Below are positions 1 through 9,486 of a DNA stretch of 64,000 nucleotides, in pieces (positions within the stretch are counted from its first letter, which is position 1; each line of letters opens with the position of its first letter). This stretch comes from a virus, in the IMG/VR virus record IMGVR_UViG_3300046096_000525, positions 4,002 through 68,001 of that record; one strand, 5' to 3'. The translations under genes and the position numbers were made by a program. The notes under the pieces were generated by a model, which had not been told where the DNA came from, made no database searches, and saw only the letters and a program-made list of their open reading frames with translations.

Positions 1-1516
1 CATATGCTTCAGGGTTTGATAATACATCCACAGCATCTTTTGATAAATCAGCCTCCCCACCAGTTCCTGCCAATACTGTCACACACTTAAATCCGTAAGG
101 TGTCTTAAATGATGGTAGTGCTGCTAGGTAAGGTTTTAAGAAGGCGTACTTACCTATCTCATCATAAATAGATACTGATGGTGCTAGACCTGCCGTCTTT
201 TGTGTTTTTGATTTGGCACCAGACTCTAAGTTTTGTACAATTAGTGTAGAAAAAACAATAGGGTTTGAGGCATCCTCTTTAATACCAAAGGTTGTTTCAC
301 CGTTGTCCCACTCTTGTTTAAGGATGTCAATACTTAATGGCTTATCAATATAAGTCATTGAAGTTTTAATCTTGCTTGTTAGTGCATTAATATCCGAAGA
401 GCTACCCCCAATAATTGAACCGTATGAGTTAAACTTAGTAATTGTTCTCCAATGTGCTAGGGATGCTAAGATTACAGACTTCCCAAAACGTCTAGTACCA
501 TACATAAGCAATGCTTTAGAATAGTAATTTTCATTTTCCGGATTAATTGCTGCTTTTAGATTCTCTGCAAAGAACCACTCATTATCCCTAAGATCTGGTT
601 GTATGTTTGGCTCTGATCCATTTGGTTGAGGTATAGGTGTTCTAAAGAAATTTAAGTGAAAGTATAACCAAGGATGCATAAAGTATCCTCCTATAGTCAC
701 ACCATAAGTTATCTTATTTATCTCCTCTGACCAGAATTGTAAAACAACTGGGTCCTGATCAAAAAAGTGCTTTTTAGCATTCCACTTTGGTACATCCTTA
801 GGGTTCATATTAATAAACATCTCTTTTGATGTTCTTATATGCCAATCTACTGGTACTCTTTCTATTGCCTCTTTCGCATCTTCTCTTAGTAACATAAGAG
901 GCTCTCTCATTAATAGAGATGCCTTCTCATCTTTGAAAAATTTTATTACTGTATTGTCTACTTCATTTTTTATATTTAACTTTGCTAGTTTCTCTTGTAT
1001 TTTTATTTTTTCATTAAATACTGCATCCTGAAAAACTATCTCATTTGTTTTATAATCTATTTCCATCTCTGTTTCAACCTCTTGTGTAAGTACATCCATG
1101 TTGTACTTCAAGTAATCATCACATTTATCTAGATGGAGATTTATTATCTCTACAGTCTCGTCTATAAAGTCTTGCGTCTTTTTTAAGCCTCTATCACTAT
1201 CTGCCTCTGATATAAACACAGAAAGCCTACCAAGTATTGACGTGGTAAGCTCATTTTCCTGTTTAAATAAAGACTCTTTAGTTTTTTTAGTGTACTCAGA
1301 TAAATCTTTAACTCTTTTCTCGACATCTTTTAGCTTCTTGTCAGTTCCTGACGTATCACTATCTTGAGATTGTAGACTTAATATTTCCTGAGAAAACTCT
1401 GTCATTCTTTCTTCATACTTAGATGTATCATTCCAAGTATTTGATTCGATAACTTTCCTATTTCTCCTAAAGTATTCTTTATGGTTTTTTATAAAATTAT
1501 CAATGTATTCAGACAT
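1..1516 (-). CDS. terminase large subunit-like packaging ATPase (partial; C-terminal part lies beyond window start) with ~170-aa K/E-rich N-terminal extension
   Basis: Own minus-strand read: ATG at 1516-1514 overlapping upstream stop (TAATG); Walker A-like GTRRFGKS and Walker B-like SIYDEIG about 100 aa apart as in phage TerL ATPase domains; frame stays open to position 1. Not in ORF track because truncated. Confidence 0.45.
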   Translation of the reverse strand, partial: MSEYIDNFIKNHKEYFRRNRKVIESNTWNDTSKYEERMTEFSQEILSLQSQDSDTSGTDKKLKDVEKRVKDLSEYTKKTKESLFKQENELTTSILGRLSVFISEADSDRGLKKTQDFIDETVEIINLHLDKCDDYLKYNMDVLTQEVETEMEIDYKTNEIVFQDAVFNEKIKIQEKLAKLNIKNEVDNTVIKFFKDEKASLLMREPLMLLREDAKEAIERVPVDWHIRTSKEMFINMNPKDVPKWNAKKHFFDQDPVVLQFWSEEINKITYGVTIGGYFMHPWLYFHLNFFRTPIPQPNGSEPNIQPDLRDNEWFFAENLKAAINPENENYYSKALLMYGTRRFGKSVILASLAHWRTITKFNSYGSIIGGSSSDINALTSKIKTSMTYIDKPLSIDILKQEWDNGETTFGIKEDASNPIVFSTLIVQNLESGAKSKTQKTAGLAPSVSIYDEIGKYAFLKPYLAALPSFKTPYGFKCVTVLAGTGGEADLSKDAVDVLSNPEAY

Positions 1517-1956
1517 TACGCTTCTTTTGTTTTAGCAAGTAAATCTTTGAAGAAATCACTTTCTAAAAACTTAGTTCGCTCCTCCTCTAGTAATCCGCTT
1601 TCGGTCTCTACTAAAGCTCCTTTTTCAACTACAAACACTCTTTTTGGTGCCCAGGTTTTCATATCTGAATAAAACTTTAACACCTCTTCTGGTAAAGCAT
1701 CGTTTGAAAACTCATTATAAAGTTCTACTGCATTTACAAGTTTTAAAAATAATATTTGTAAGTCCTTGTTATATAGTATAGTATCTACGTAAACATGTAC
1801 TAATACATCTTGCAGTTCTTCTACTTTTTTACCTTGAATAACTTCTTTTAGGTTAGCTTTGTTATTTGTAAGCTCCTCGTTTTTCTTTTTAACCACGCTT
1901 TCAAACTCTTTATATTCTGAATACAAAGAGATTACTTTACTTTTTATTGCTTCCAT
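1516..1956 (-). CDS. hypothetical protein (146 aa, K/E-rich)
   Basis: ORF track; stop overlaps start of downstream terminase-like gene; tandem packing on minus strand. Confidence 0.5.
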   Translation of the reverse strand: MEAIKSKVISLYSEYKEFESVVKKKNEELTNNKANLKEVIQGKKVEELQDVLVHVYVDTILYNKDLQILFLKLVNAVELYNEFSNDALPEEVLKFYSDMKTWAPKRVFVVEKGALVETESGLLEEERTKFLESDFFKDLLAKTKEA

Positions 1957-1957
1957 G

Positions 1958-2155
1958 TTATTGTATTTCTTTTTCTTCTTGTCTTGTTTTTTCTATTGCT
2001 GAAAATATATCCTCGTCTGTTAAGAGCATAATATCAGATATCTTTTTTGCAGAAGTCAGTCTTATTGCACTGTACAATAACTCTCCTAAAGTGTACTCTG
2101 GAAATTCTTTTGCAAACTCTTGTAATTCTCTTACTGCGTTATTTTTAAAATTCAT
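1958..2155 (-). CDS. hypothetical protein (65 aa)
   Basis: ORF track; tightly packed between minus-strand neighbours. Confidence 0.4.
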   Translation of the reverse strand: MNFKNNAVRELQEFAKEFPEYTLGELLYSAIRLTSAKKISDIMLLTDEDIFSAIEKTRQEEKEIQ

Positions 2156-2475
2156 TATTTTTGTGTTATGTTACCTTTAAGGTTAAAAATTATTGTTTTC
2201 TGTTCGCCTGTACTATCAGTACATCTTTCTGTAACTCTTTGGTTTATTGTACCTAGTTTGTTATTATCATATGATATCCTTAACTGTATTGATCCAGGTC
2301 TTATTTCAACTATTGGTTGTGTACATCCACATGACTTTGATACTGATAAGTGCTCCACACCTAAGATGTCAATTGTAACATTTGTATCACTTCCTTGCTC
2401 TATAGTACCATAGTCTATTAAATACTCTTGGTTTTTTACTACCTCTTTTAATTGGTTTGTTCCTTTTATTTCCAT
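2155..2475 (-). CDS. hypothetical protein (106 aa)
   Basis: ORF track; minus-strand operon packing. Confidence 0.5.
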   Translation of the reverse strand: MEIKGTNQLKEVVKNQEYLIDYGTIEQGSDTNVTIDILGVEHLSVSKSCGCTQPIVEIRPGSIQLRISYDNNKLGTINQRVTERCTDSTGEQKTIIFNLKGNITQK

Positions 2476-2484
2476 TTTGTTCTA

Positions 2485-2793
2485 TTATAAATTATTCCAT
2501 TTATTTTTTGGGCACATATTCTCAGGGTCTTCTTGAGAACTTTTAAAAATCAAATTGCATGTACAAACTGTACATATTGCATCATCTGTTACCTTAACTC
2601 GCATAATAAAATTAAGTATCTTATTAACTCTGTACATCAATAATGTTTTTATTGAGTGATTTTTATCATTATCAGAATTAAATGGGCACTTCCTGCAAAA
2701 CTCAAGTCTTTTTATTTGCAAGTCAGTTAACTCTGAAGAGTACTCTAACCTACTTTTTATAGCTAAGTATGGTATTTTAAATATACTTCTCAT
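2485..2793 (-). CDS. hypothetical Cys-rich protein (CxxC...CxxC zinc-ribbon-like)
   Basis: ORF track; CRKCPF...CTVCTC pairs of cysteines. Confidence 0.4.
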   Translation of the reverse strand: MRSIFKIPYLAIKSRLEYSSELTDLQIKRLEFCRKCPFNSDNDKNHSIKTLLMYRVNKILNFIMRVKVTDDAICTVCTCNLIFKSSQEDPENMCPKNKWNNL

Positions 2794-3241
2794 GGTCTTT
2801 ATTATGTATTGTTTCTAAAATTTTCCAATATTTATAAAAGGAATGCATTATGTTTTTTTCAACATTCTCTTCTTTTTTTCTTATTGATATAAATAATAGA
2901 GGCTTATTAAAATTCTTTATGTCGTTACCCTCAGGTTTTTTAAGGATCTCTCTCAGATACTTAAGCTTGTCTGACAAATACTTATACTTCTTTGTCTGCC
3001 CCTCCTTACTGGCTAAGGCACAACCCCCTAAGTAATAATTAAACCTCATCTTTCCAAGATTTGGAAAATTTATAAGTACTAGCTCCTCATTTGATAGAAT
3101 AGCCTTTTTTAGATAAGATATGTTATGCTTGAGTATGTCCCTTAATAGTTTTACATCCTTACCTGTCCTAGATGATAACTCCTCTAGAATGTCATCTGTA
3201 AAACAAATTGGTTTATCAGGGTTTTTGGAAGGCGAGTACAT
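2777..3241 (-). CDS. hypothetical protein (154 aa)
   Basis: ORF track; minus-strand operon. Confidence 0.5.
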   Translation of the reverse strand: MYSPSKNPDKPICFTDDILEELSSRTGKDVKLLRDILKHNISYLKKAILSNEELVLINFPNLGKMRFNYYLGGCALASKEGQTKKYKYLSDKLKYLREILKKPEGNDIKNFNKPLLFISIRKKEENVEKNIMHSFYKYWKILETIHNKDHEKYI

Positions 3242-3572
3242 ATATTTGTTTTTTATTCTTGATAAAACTATCTCTTATACTCTCCATGTCCGGTGATAAT
3301 TTACTCATTCTTAAGTTTTTCTCGCTAGACATCAGATAACCTTTTTCTCTCAAGTGTACATCTGCTACTCTTATGTCACCATCTTTCTTACCTGTATCCT
3401 CTTTAATGTACTCTTTTGTATCCTTGCTATAACCACTCCTAATGTAGTAGACTAAGATAAGTCTTTCAAAATTTCTTAGTGGAACCTCTTGTGATATAGA
3501 ATAAACACGAAGTATCTTATCAATAAGATCTATCTCGTTTTTGTACTTTGTTTTTAATGTTGGAAAACTCAC
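3216..3572 (-). CDS. hypothetical protein (118 aa)
   Basis: ORF track; minus-strand operon. Confidence 0.5.
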   Translation of the reverse strand: MSFPTLKTKYKNEIDLIDKILRVYSISQEVPLRNFERLILVYYIRSGYSKDTKEYIKEDTGKKDGDIRVADVHLREKGYLMSSEKNLRMSKLSPDMESIRDSFIKNKKQIYVLAFQKP

Positions 3573-3636
3573 TGGCTTATATTTTTATGCAAAGATACAA
3601 CCATTATTTGAGATATCCAAATTTTTTAACAATTAT

Positions 3637-3924
3637 TTAACGATAATTATCAACAATCTCTTTTATGTTCTTTGTCATAGGCTGCAATCTGAATACGTTA
3701 AACATGAATGATTCTGTTAGTCTAGACAATATTCTTATAGTTAATACCGGGTTCATTTGGTACAATCTGTAAAAATCAAATGTTAGGTTACTAATAAAAT
3801 CTTCATTTTCGTCAAGGTATGTTGTTGATACAACTTTTTCTGAGACATCCTCCCATAATAAATCGTAGAACTCTTCATAAGTTAACTCTTGAAATTCCGA
3901 GTATGTAAAATCTTTTACTGACAT
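3637..3924 (-). CDS. hypothetical acidic protein (95 aa), first gene of leftward operon
   Basis: ORF track; minus-strand -7 box (plus-strand CAAATTTA at ~3952-3959) 28 nt upstream of its ATG. Confidence 0.5.
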   Translation of the reverse strand: MSVKDFTYSEFQELTYEEFYDLLWEDVSEKVVSTTYLDENEDFISNLTFDFYRLYQMNPVLTIRILSRLTESFMFNVFRLQPMTKNIKEIVDNYR

Positions 3925-3951
3925 AATTTGTGTGTTTTGGTTTTAGCTGCA

Positions 3952-3982
3952 AATTTACAAAAAAGTTTTGTAAAAAACAAAT
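3952..3982 (-). promoter_or_regulatory. Bacteroidetes sigma-A-type promoter (TTTG N19 TAAATTTG) for leftward operon
   Basis: Reverse complement of plus-strand CAAATTTA (3952-3959) and CAAA (~3979-3982) gives TAnnTTTG -7 and TTTG -33 with ~19-nt spacer. Confidence 0.45.
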
Positions 3983-4029
3983 AAGTTAAAAAAATAATTA
4001 ACAAATTTGGAAAATAGAATTATTATTTT

Positions 4030-4090
4030 TACCTTTGCAAAAAGTTTTTGACATTTTATTTTTTTTATTGAAATATTAGTTGTAACTTTG
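4030..4090 (+). promoter_or_regulatory. two rightward -7 boxes (TACCTTTG at 4030-4037, TAACTTTG at 4083-4090) upstream of candidate ncRNA
   Basis: Match to TAnnTTTG consensus seen 18+ times in window; -33 elements less clear here. Confidence 0.35.
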
Positions 4091-4099
4091 CAAAAATAA

Positions 4100-4360
4100 T
4101 TATAATGGCGTGTGGCTATCTGAAAAGATTCACGCTGAGGTAGAAATACCAATGCTCAATGGAAGAGGACATTACTGTTTGTAATGGAGACCGCCAGAGG
4201 ATGGCTAGTTAAGGTTCTAGCCAATACCACGTATGTAGATGAATAAATAAAATACTTCATCGAATAATCAATAAGGATTCCAGTGGTAAATCAAAAAAAC
4301 TTACAGCAGGTCTTTGGATTCGGTGTTTTTCCGCTGCTGGACTCTTTATCTTCTCTTATA
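4100..4360 (+). ncRNA. candidate small structured RNA in divergent intergenic region (locally GC-rich, several hairpins, no ORF longer than 20 codons)
   Basis: Hairpins GCGTG..CACGC (4108-4133), GGCTAG-TTAAGGTT-CTAGCC (4203-4222), CAGCAG..CTGCTG (4304-4340) followed by T-rich tract; located just downstream of -7 boxes; boundaries approximate. Confidence 0.25.
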
Positions 4361-4508
4361 AATTTTTAAGAGGGGGTAAGGGGGTGTTTTAACACTTAAG
4401 AATATCCATAGCGTGGGTTTTACAGTTGAAATTAGTACAGACTTTAAAAATTACTGTAAAAAAATTACAGTAATAACTAAAAAACCGTAAAAATAATTAG
4501 TATATTAT

Positions 4509-4539
4509 TTTGTAGTCTCATATATTATTTGTAACTTTG
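4509..4539 (+). promoter_or_regulatory. sigma-A-type promoter TTTG(4509-4512)-N19-TAACTTTG(4532-4539)
   Basis: Consensus match; 14 nt upstream of helicase ATG at 4554. Confidence 0.55.
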
Positions 4540-4553
4540 CAAAAAATATAAGT

Positions 4554-5939
4554 ATGTATAAGTTAAGAGATTACCAAAGTATTTCTGTAGTAAAGGGATT
4601 AGAGGTACTTAATAGTGAAAAACCAAGACGTGAGTTATTAGTATTACCTACAGGTGCAGGTAAATCTATTGTTATTGCTGAAATAGTAAAGCAACTAGGT
4701 GAACCTATTGTTGTGCTACAGCCCTCAAAAGAGTTGCTTGAACAGAACCACCAAAAGTTTATTAACGTTGGCGGCCAAGCCTCTATTTACTCGGCATCTG
4801 CAGGTCAAAAAGAAATAGGCCACGTAACATTTGCGACAATAGGTTCTATAAAGAAAGCAGTTAACGAGCTAAAAAGACTCAAAGTTACCAAAATAATTAT
4901 AGACGAAGCTCATATAGGAGTTAAAGGAGGGTCTCAACTACGTGTGTTTTTGAATAACCTAGGCATTAAGAACGTAATAGGACTTACGGCCACCCCTTTT
5001 ATACTAGCTAGCTCTATGAATGGAGCAGAGTTAAAAATGCTAACCAAGATTCAACATAAGCTTTTCACAAACATTTGCTATGTTAGTCAAATAAACAGCA
5101 TGCTAAAAAACAGCTATTGGACACCTTTAGAGTATAGAATTGTGGAGCAAGACGACACCTTTTTAAAAATAAACTCTTCCGGATCAGACTACACAGAAGA
5201 TAGTATGCAAAGCTTCTATCAGAATAATGATGTACAATCTCAAATTATAGATAATGTTGAGTACTGCCTTAGTGAAGGCTCTAGGTCAATACTTATCTTT
5301 GTGCCTAGTATCTCAGAAGCAGACGATTTGTCTACTAAAATAAAAGGATCTAGATCTGTAAGTTCTTTAACACCAAAAAAAGAAAGAGACGAAATTATAT
5401 CAGGATTTAAGGATAGAAGTATATCAGTTGTAATAAACGTTGGTATTTTGACAACAGGTTTTGATTATCCAGAATTAGAGACTATTATTCTAGCAAGGTC
5501 TACGATGTCTTTTGCATTATACTACCAAATGGTAGGTCGTGGTGTACGTATACACGATAACAAAAATAAAACTGTTGTTATAGATCTAAGTGAGAACTAC
5601 AAAAGGTTTGGTAAAGTAGAGGATTTTACAATTGACTATTTAGAAGGTTATGGATGGGGTTTATTTAGAGGAGAAGACTTAATAAGTAATTATCCTATAG
5701 AAGCAAAGCATAGACCAACAAAAACTAATCTTTTAAACAAGCATAATAAAAATATAGCTGTAGCAGTGAGTAATCCAGGAGTTAACATTATGCCTTTTGG
5801 AAAATACAAAGATATGGCTTTATCAGATGTCCTAAAAAAGGATAAAGGTTACCTAGTTTGGATGTACGAAAAGTTCACATTCTACCCTAATCAAAAATGG
5901 TTAAAAAATGATATAGCAAAGTTGTTAAATTTATCATAA
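4554..5939 (+). CDS. SF2 DEAD/DEAH-box DNA/RNA helicase
   Basis: Motif I LPTGAGKS, motif II IIIDEAH, motif III GLTATP, motif VI QMVGRGVR in translated ORF. Confidence 0.75.
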   Translation: MYKLRDYQSISVVKGLEVLNSEKPRRELLVLPTGAGKSIVIAEIVKQLGEPIVVLQPSKELLEQNHQKFINVGGQASIYSASAGQKEIGHVTFATIGSIKKAVNELKRLKVTKIIIDEAHIGVKGGSQLRVFLNNLGIKNVIGLTATPFILASSMNGAELKMLTKIQHKLFTNICYVSQINSMLKNSYWTPLEYRIVEQDDTFLKINSSGSDYTEDSMQSFYQNNDVQSQIIDNVEYCLSEGSRSILIFVPSISEADDLSTKIKGSRSVSSLTPKKERDEIISGFKDRSISVVINVGILTTGFDYPELETIILARSTMSFALYYQMVGRGVRIHDNKNKTVVIDLSENYKRFGKVEDFTIDYLEGYGWGLFRGEDLISNYPIEAKHRPTKTNLLNKHNKNIAVAVSNPGVNIMPFGKYKDMALSDVLKKDKGYLVWMYEKFTFYPNQKWLKNDIAKLLNLS

Positions 5940-5942
5940 ATA

Positions 5943-5974
5943 TTTGCATATAATAAATATTTTTTGTACCTTTG
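5943..5974 (+). promoter_or_regulatory. sigma-A-type promoter TTTG(5943-5946)-N20-TACCTTTG(5967-5974)
   Basis: Consensus match upstream of recA ATG 5997. Confidence 0.55.
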
Positions 5975-5996
5975 TAAAAAATTTAAAAAGTAAAGT

Positions 5997-6980
5997 ATGG
6001 CAGAAGAAAAAGATCCGTTATTAGATGTATTATCTAGCATGGATAAAAGATTTGGAAAAGGTGCTGTTATTGTTGGAGATACTGTTATTCAAACAGAACG
6101 GCAAAGCACTGGATCCCTAGGGGTTGATATAATCACCGGTGGTGGTTGGGGAAGAGGTAGAATGGTTGAGATATTTGGGCCAGAAAGTTCTGGAAAAACA
6201 ACCCTTTGTATCCATACAATGATACAAGCACAGAGGGATAACCCAAATAAAAGAGTTGCCTTTATAGATGCAGAGCACGCATTTGATAGAAACTACGCTG
6301 AACACCTTGGATTAGATATGTCACAAGTAATCATATCACAGCCAGATAGTGGAGAACAAGCGTTAGAAATTGCAGAAGCTTTGATAGCATCAGGTAAAAT
6401 TTCAGTTTGTGTGATTGATTCAGTTGCGGCACTTACACCAAAAGCAGAGATTGAAGGCGAGATGGGGGATTCTAAAATGGGATTACATGCTCGATTGATG
6501 TCACAAGCTTGTAGAAAGCTTACAGGAGTTGTTAATAAAACAAACACTGTACTTTTGTGGACAAATCAGATAAGAATGAAGATTGGAGTTATGTTTGGTA
6601 GCCCAGAGACAGTTCCAGGAGGAGAAGCACTTAAGTTTTACGCATCAACTAGGATTGATATTAGAAAGAGTGCTGGAGATAAAGATGATGCCGGAAATGT
6701 TATCAATAGCCACGTTAAGGTAAAGACTATTAAGAATAAGTTAGCACCGCCTTTCCAATTAACCACTTTTGATATAGTTTTTGGAGAAGGTATTGATAGA
6801 TCTAGTGAGATTTTAGCTATTGGAGAAAATCTTGGAATAATTGAGAAGAAAGGATCTTGGTTTAACTACGGAGAAACTAAGTTAGGACAAGGTGGAGGAA
6901 ACGTTAAGCAATTGCTAAAGGATAATCCAGAACTTTCTGAGGAGATAGAGGCTAAGATTAGAGAACACTTTAATATCTAG
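5997..6980 (+). CDS. recA: RecA-family recombinase
   Basis: EIFGPESSGKTT Walker A, AFIDAEHAFD, IDSVAALTPKAEIEGEMGD, LKFYASTRIDIRK match bacterial RecA signature regions over full length. Confidence 0.85.
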   Translation: MAEEKDPLLDVLSSMDKRFGKGAVIVGDTVIQTERQSTGSLGVDIITGGGWGRGRMVEIFGPESSGKTTLCIHTMIQAQRDNPNKRVAFIDAEHAFDRNYAEHLGLDMSQVIISQPDSGEQALEIAEALIASGKISVCVIDSVAALTPKAEIEGEMGDSKMGLHARLMSQACRKLTGVVNKTNTVLLWTNQIRMKIGVMFGSPETVPGGEALKFYASTRIDIRKSAGDKDDAGNVINSHVKVKTIKNKLAPPFQLTTFDIVFGEGIDRSSEILAIGENLGIIEKKGSWFNYGETKLGQGGGNVKQLLKDNPELSEEIEAKIREHFNI

Positions 6981-6982
6981 AT

Positions 6983-7444
6983 ATGTCAGTATTTAATTGG
7001 ATACATAATGGTCACGACATCAATAGTCTGCCAGATATGCAAAAACATTGCCCCAAAGTATGGGGCTTTGTTTACAAGCTAACGTTATATAAAAAAGGAA
7101 CACGAACTGTAGAGTTTGAGTACATTGGGAAAAAGAATGTGTACACAAAAAGGAAAAGAGTGTTTGGTAAAAAAGAAACAGCTGCCTTAAACGACAAAAG
7201 AAAAAAATCTTACGAGTACGTTATAAAGGAATCCGATTGGAAAAAGTATGTTTCTAGTAATAAGTTCATAAAAGCGAATAGTTCTCAGTTCGATATCTCA
7301 AGAGAGATTCTAACTTTTTGTACTAACGACTATGACTTAACATATCAAGAAGCAAAAGAGATTATTTGCTCCGGGGCCTTAGAAGATTGTAGGTTTTTGA
7401 ATGACGGAGTTTCGATTAGAAGATTTGGTAAAAAAATAATATAA
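6983..7444 (+). CDS. hypothetical protein; weak GIY-YIG-like motif (possible free-standing homing endonuclease between recA and phoH)
   Basis: WGFVYKLT...(15 aa)...EYIGKKNVYTKR resembles GIY-(x)n-YIG-(x)8-R; spacing longer than canonical, no conserved His seen. Confidence 0.4.
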   Translation: MSVFNWIHNGHDINSLPDMQKHCPKVWGFVYKLTLYKKGTRTVEFEYIGKKNVYTKRKRVFGKKETAALNDKRKKSYEYVIKESDWKKYVSSNKFIKANSSQFDISREILTFCTNDYDLTYQEAKEIICSGALEDCRFLNDGVSIRRFGKKII

Positions 7445-7448
7445 CACT

Positions 7449-8135
7449 ATGCAAACAGCAAGGGAAAAAAGAGTTCCAGTAAAACCAACGAGGGCTTTGA
7501 AGAATGATATTAAATACAAGATAACTCTTGACGAGGATCAAAAAAGAGTAAAAGAATCTATTTACAATAGCGAGCTTATAGTTATAACAGGCTATGCTGG
7601 ATCAGGTAAGTCTTTAGTAACAGCCCAGTCTGTATTAGACTTAATATTCAAAAAAGAAGTTACCCAAGTTTTTGTAACGAGAGCTGCAGTTGAGGTTGGT
7701 AAGTCCCTTGGATTTTTACCTGGAGAATTAGACTCAAAGTTTGATCCATACATAGAAGCCTTTAGAGATAACCTTTATAAGTGCTACGATAAGGATAAAG
7801 TAGATAAGCATATAAAGGATGGTCAAATACAAGGGTTACCTGTTCAGTACATTAGAGGTAAGACCATTGACCAAGGCCAAGTGCTTGTTGTAGAGGAAGC
7901 TCAGAACTTAACAAAGCACGAAATGCTAGCTATTTTAACCAGGCTAGGTAAGGGGGGTAAAATTATTATCAATGGAGATAATGAGCAGAGTGATATAAAA
8001 GAGAGTTATACCGGTTTACATTATGCTATAGACTTGTCAAAAGCTATTGCAGAAATAAGTTGGCACAAGCTTAAGTCTAACCACAGATCAGAGTTAATTT
8101 CAAAGATATTAAACTACGAACACAATAAAAAATAA
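7449..8135 (+). CDS. phoH: PhoH-like P-loop ATPase
   Basis: Walker A GYAGSGKS, Walker B-like VLVVEEAQNLT, overall PhoH-family layout. Confidence 0.8.
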   Translation: MQTAREKRVPVKPTRALKNDIKYKITLDEDQKRVKESIYNSELIVITGYAGSGKSLVTAQSVLDLIFKKEVTQVFVTRAAVEVGKSLGFLPGELDSKFDPYIEAFRDNLYKCYDKDKVDKHIKDGQIQGLPVQYIRGKTIDQGQVLVVEEAQNLTKHEMLAILTRLGKGGKIIINGDNEQSDIKESYTGLHYAIDLSKAIAEISWHKLKSNHRSELISKILNYEHNKK

Positions 8136-8152
8136 ATTATTTTTATAAAAAA

Positions 8153-8184
8153 TTTGGTAGTTTAAAATATTTTTTGTACCTTTG
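8153..8184 (+). promoter_or_regulatory. sigma-A-type promoter TTTG(8153-8156)-N20-TACCTTTG(8177-8184)
   Basis: Consensus match; 20 nt upstream of small ORF ATG 8205. Confidence 0.5.
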
Positions 8185-8204
8185 CATAGAAATTAAGAAA
8201 TACT

Positions 8205-8339
8205 ATGAGTAAAGAAGTAGAATTCACTTATTTTCTTAACGGAAAAGAAGTAGAAAAGGAAAATGTCGATTGGGATAAAGAGACAACTGTAAAAGTTGTT
8301 GACAATGATGTTTTCATAACACAAAAAGAAAAAGAATGA
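8205..8339 (+). CDS. small hypothetical protein (44 aa)
   Basis: Own read: ATG 8205 after promoter; TGA stop overlaps next ORF start (ATGAGTG at 8336); below ORF-track length cutoff. Confidence 0.3.
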   Translation: MSKEVEFTYFLNGKEVEKENVDWDKETTVKVVDNDVFITQKEKE

Positions 8340-8713
8340 GTGAATTTGTAGCATTGACCGTTATCACCTACAAGCTTAAGAAAGAAGTAAATGATAACAT
8401 TAAGAAAACCTTTTTAGGAGGAGTTAATACAAGCAAGTCTAAGGACGATTACGGTAGAGATGCCGAATTCTATAGAGATCTTGGAATAGAGCCACCCGAA
8501 GAGTTTGATCAGGAAGAAGAAACTCAGGTTTTTGATATCAAGGATGAAGACTTTGATGTAGTAGAAAGCCCGGCACGATTTAAAGTAGAAAACCTAGTGT
8601 TTTTTGTGGCCGATGAAAAAGGAGGTTCAACAATCTATGTAGATATGGATTATAGTGCCTCAGTAAAAGAATCAGTAGAAGAGATTGAATTAAGAATTAA
8701 TAAGTTAAGATAA
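8336..8713 (+). CDS. hypothetical acidic protein (125 aa)
   Basis: ORF track; tandem packing. Confidence 0.5.
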   Translation: MSEFVALTVITYKLKKEVNDNIKKTFLGGVNTSKSKDDYGRDAEFYRDLGIEPPEEFDQEEETQVFDIKDEDFDVVESPARFKVENLVFFVADEKGGSTIYVDMDYSASVKESVEEIELRINKLR

Positions 8714-8725
8714 AAAAAGTAAAGT

Positions 8726-9457
8726 ATGGCGTTAAGTAAAAATTATTTGCAGTTAGAGTTTGGTTCAGGAAAGTTTTTTGACTATTCAAAAGAGCCTAAA
8801 GATGGATATGACAAACACATGTCCACAAAAGGTAACGAAAGTTACAGAAAGTATTACAATGAAGGTGTTACCGGTGTGCTAGACTCTGTGTCTATTTATG
8901 ATGGTAAATACGGACAGCAGATTTCTATCAGTTTAAAAGACGGAGACGAAGTTTACTACTTACCAGTATCTATCTATGACCAAAAAGGGCAAGTAGATAA
9001 CACGTATGCAGAAAGCTTGATCAAATTGTTACCTCTTTTAGAGAAAGGTCAAAATCTAACTGTTCAAGGGTATAACTTTAAACCAGAAGATAGTCCATAT
9101 TCAAAAATTGGATTCAGTTTAAAAGTTAGCGGTGAAAAATTGAAGTCTACTATCACAAACAGTTATTACAAAAATGGAGAGTTAGTTCCTGGAGATGTAC
9201 CACCAATTGTGTGGGTTGAGAAATTAGGTAAAAAGAAACCTTCTGCAGCATCTCTTGAATTAAAAGATGCATACTTGTTAGAGCTGTTAGAAAAAGAAGA
9301 AAAGAGACTAACTTGGAAAAAGGAGAACACGGACCAATCCAATGACGAAGCTCCGGAACAAGAGAATGTTCCAGTAGCTACGCCACAAGAGGCTTTCGCT
9401 AGTCCGACAGATATGCCAAATATCGCAGATGAGGAAGATGATGATTTACCTTTTTAA
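8726..9457 (+). CDS. putative single-stranded DNA-binding protein (acidic C-terminal tail ending DDDLPF)
   Basis: C-terminus ...IADEEDDDLPF matches the SSB C-terminal tip (D-D-D-I/L-P-F) used for partner-protein docking; N-terminal fold not recognisable by eye. Confidence 0.45.
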   Translation: MALSKNYLQLEFGSGKFFDYSKEPKDGYDKHMSTKGNESYRKYYNEGVTGVLDSVSIYDGKYGQQISISLKDGDEVYYLPVSIYDQKGQVDNTYAESLIKLLPLLEKGQNLTVQGYNFKPEDSPYSKIGFSLKVSGEKLKSTITNSYYKNGELVPGDVPPIVWVEKLGKKKPSAASLELKDAYLLELLEKEEKRLTWKKENTDQSNDEAPEQENVPVATPQEAFASPTDMPNIADEEDDDLPF

Positions 9458-9486
9458 TATTAATAATAAACAACAAATTTTATAAC

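Noticed and set aside
3955-4152. Minus-strand 65-aa ORF in the divergent intergenic region
   Set aside because: Sits across the promoter boxes and the start of the candidate sRNA. Phe/Lys-rich translation typical of AT-rich non-coding DNA. No start context.
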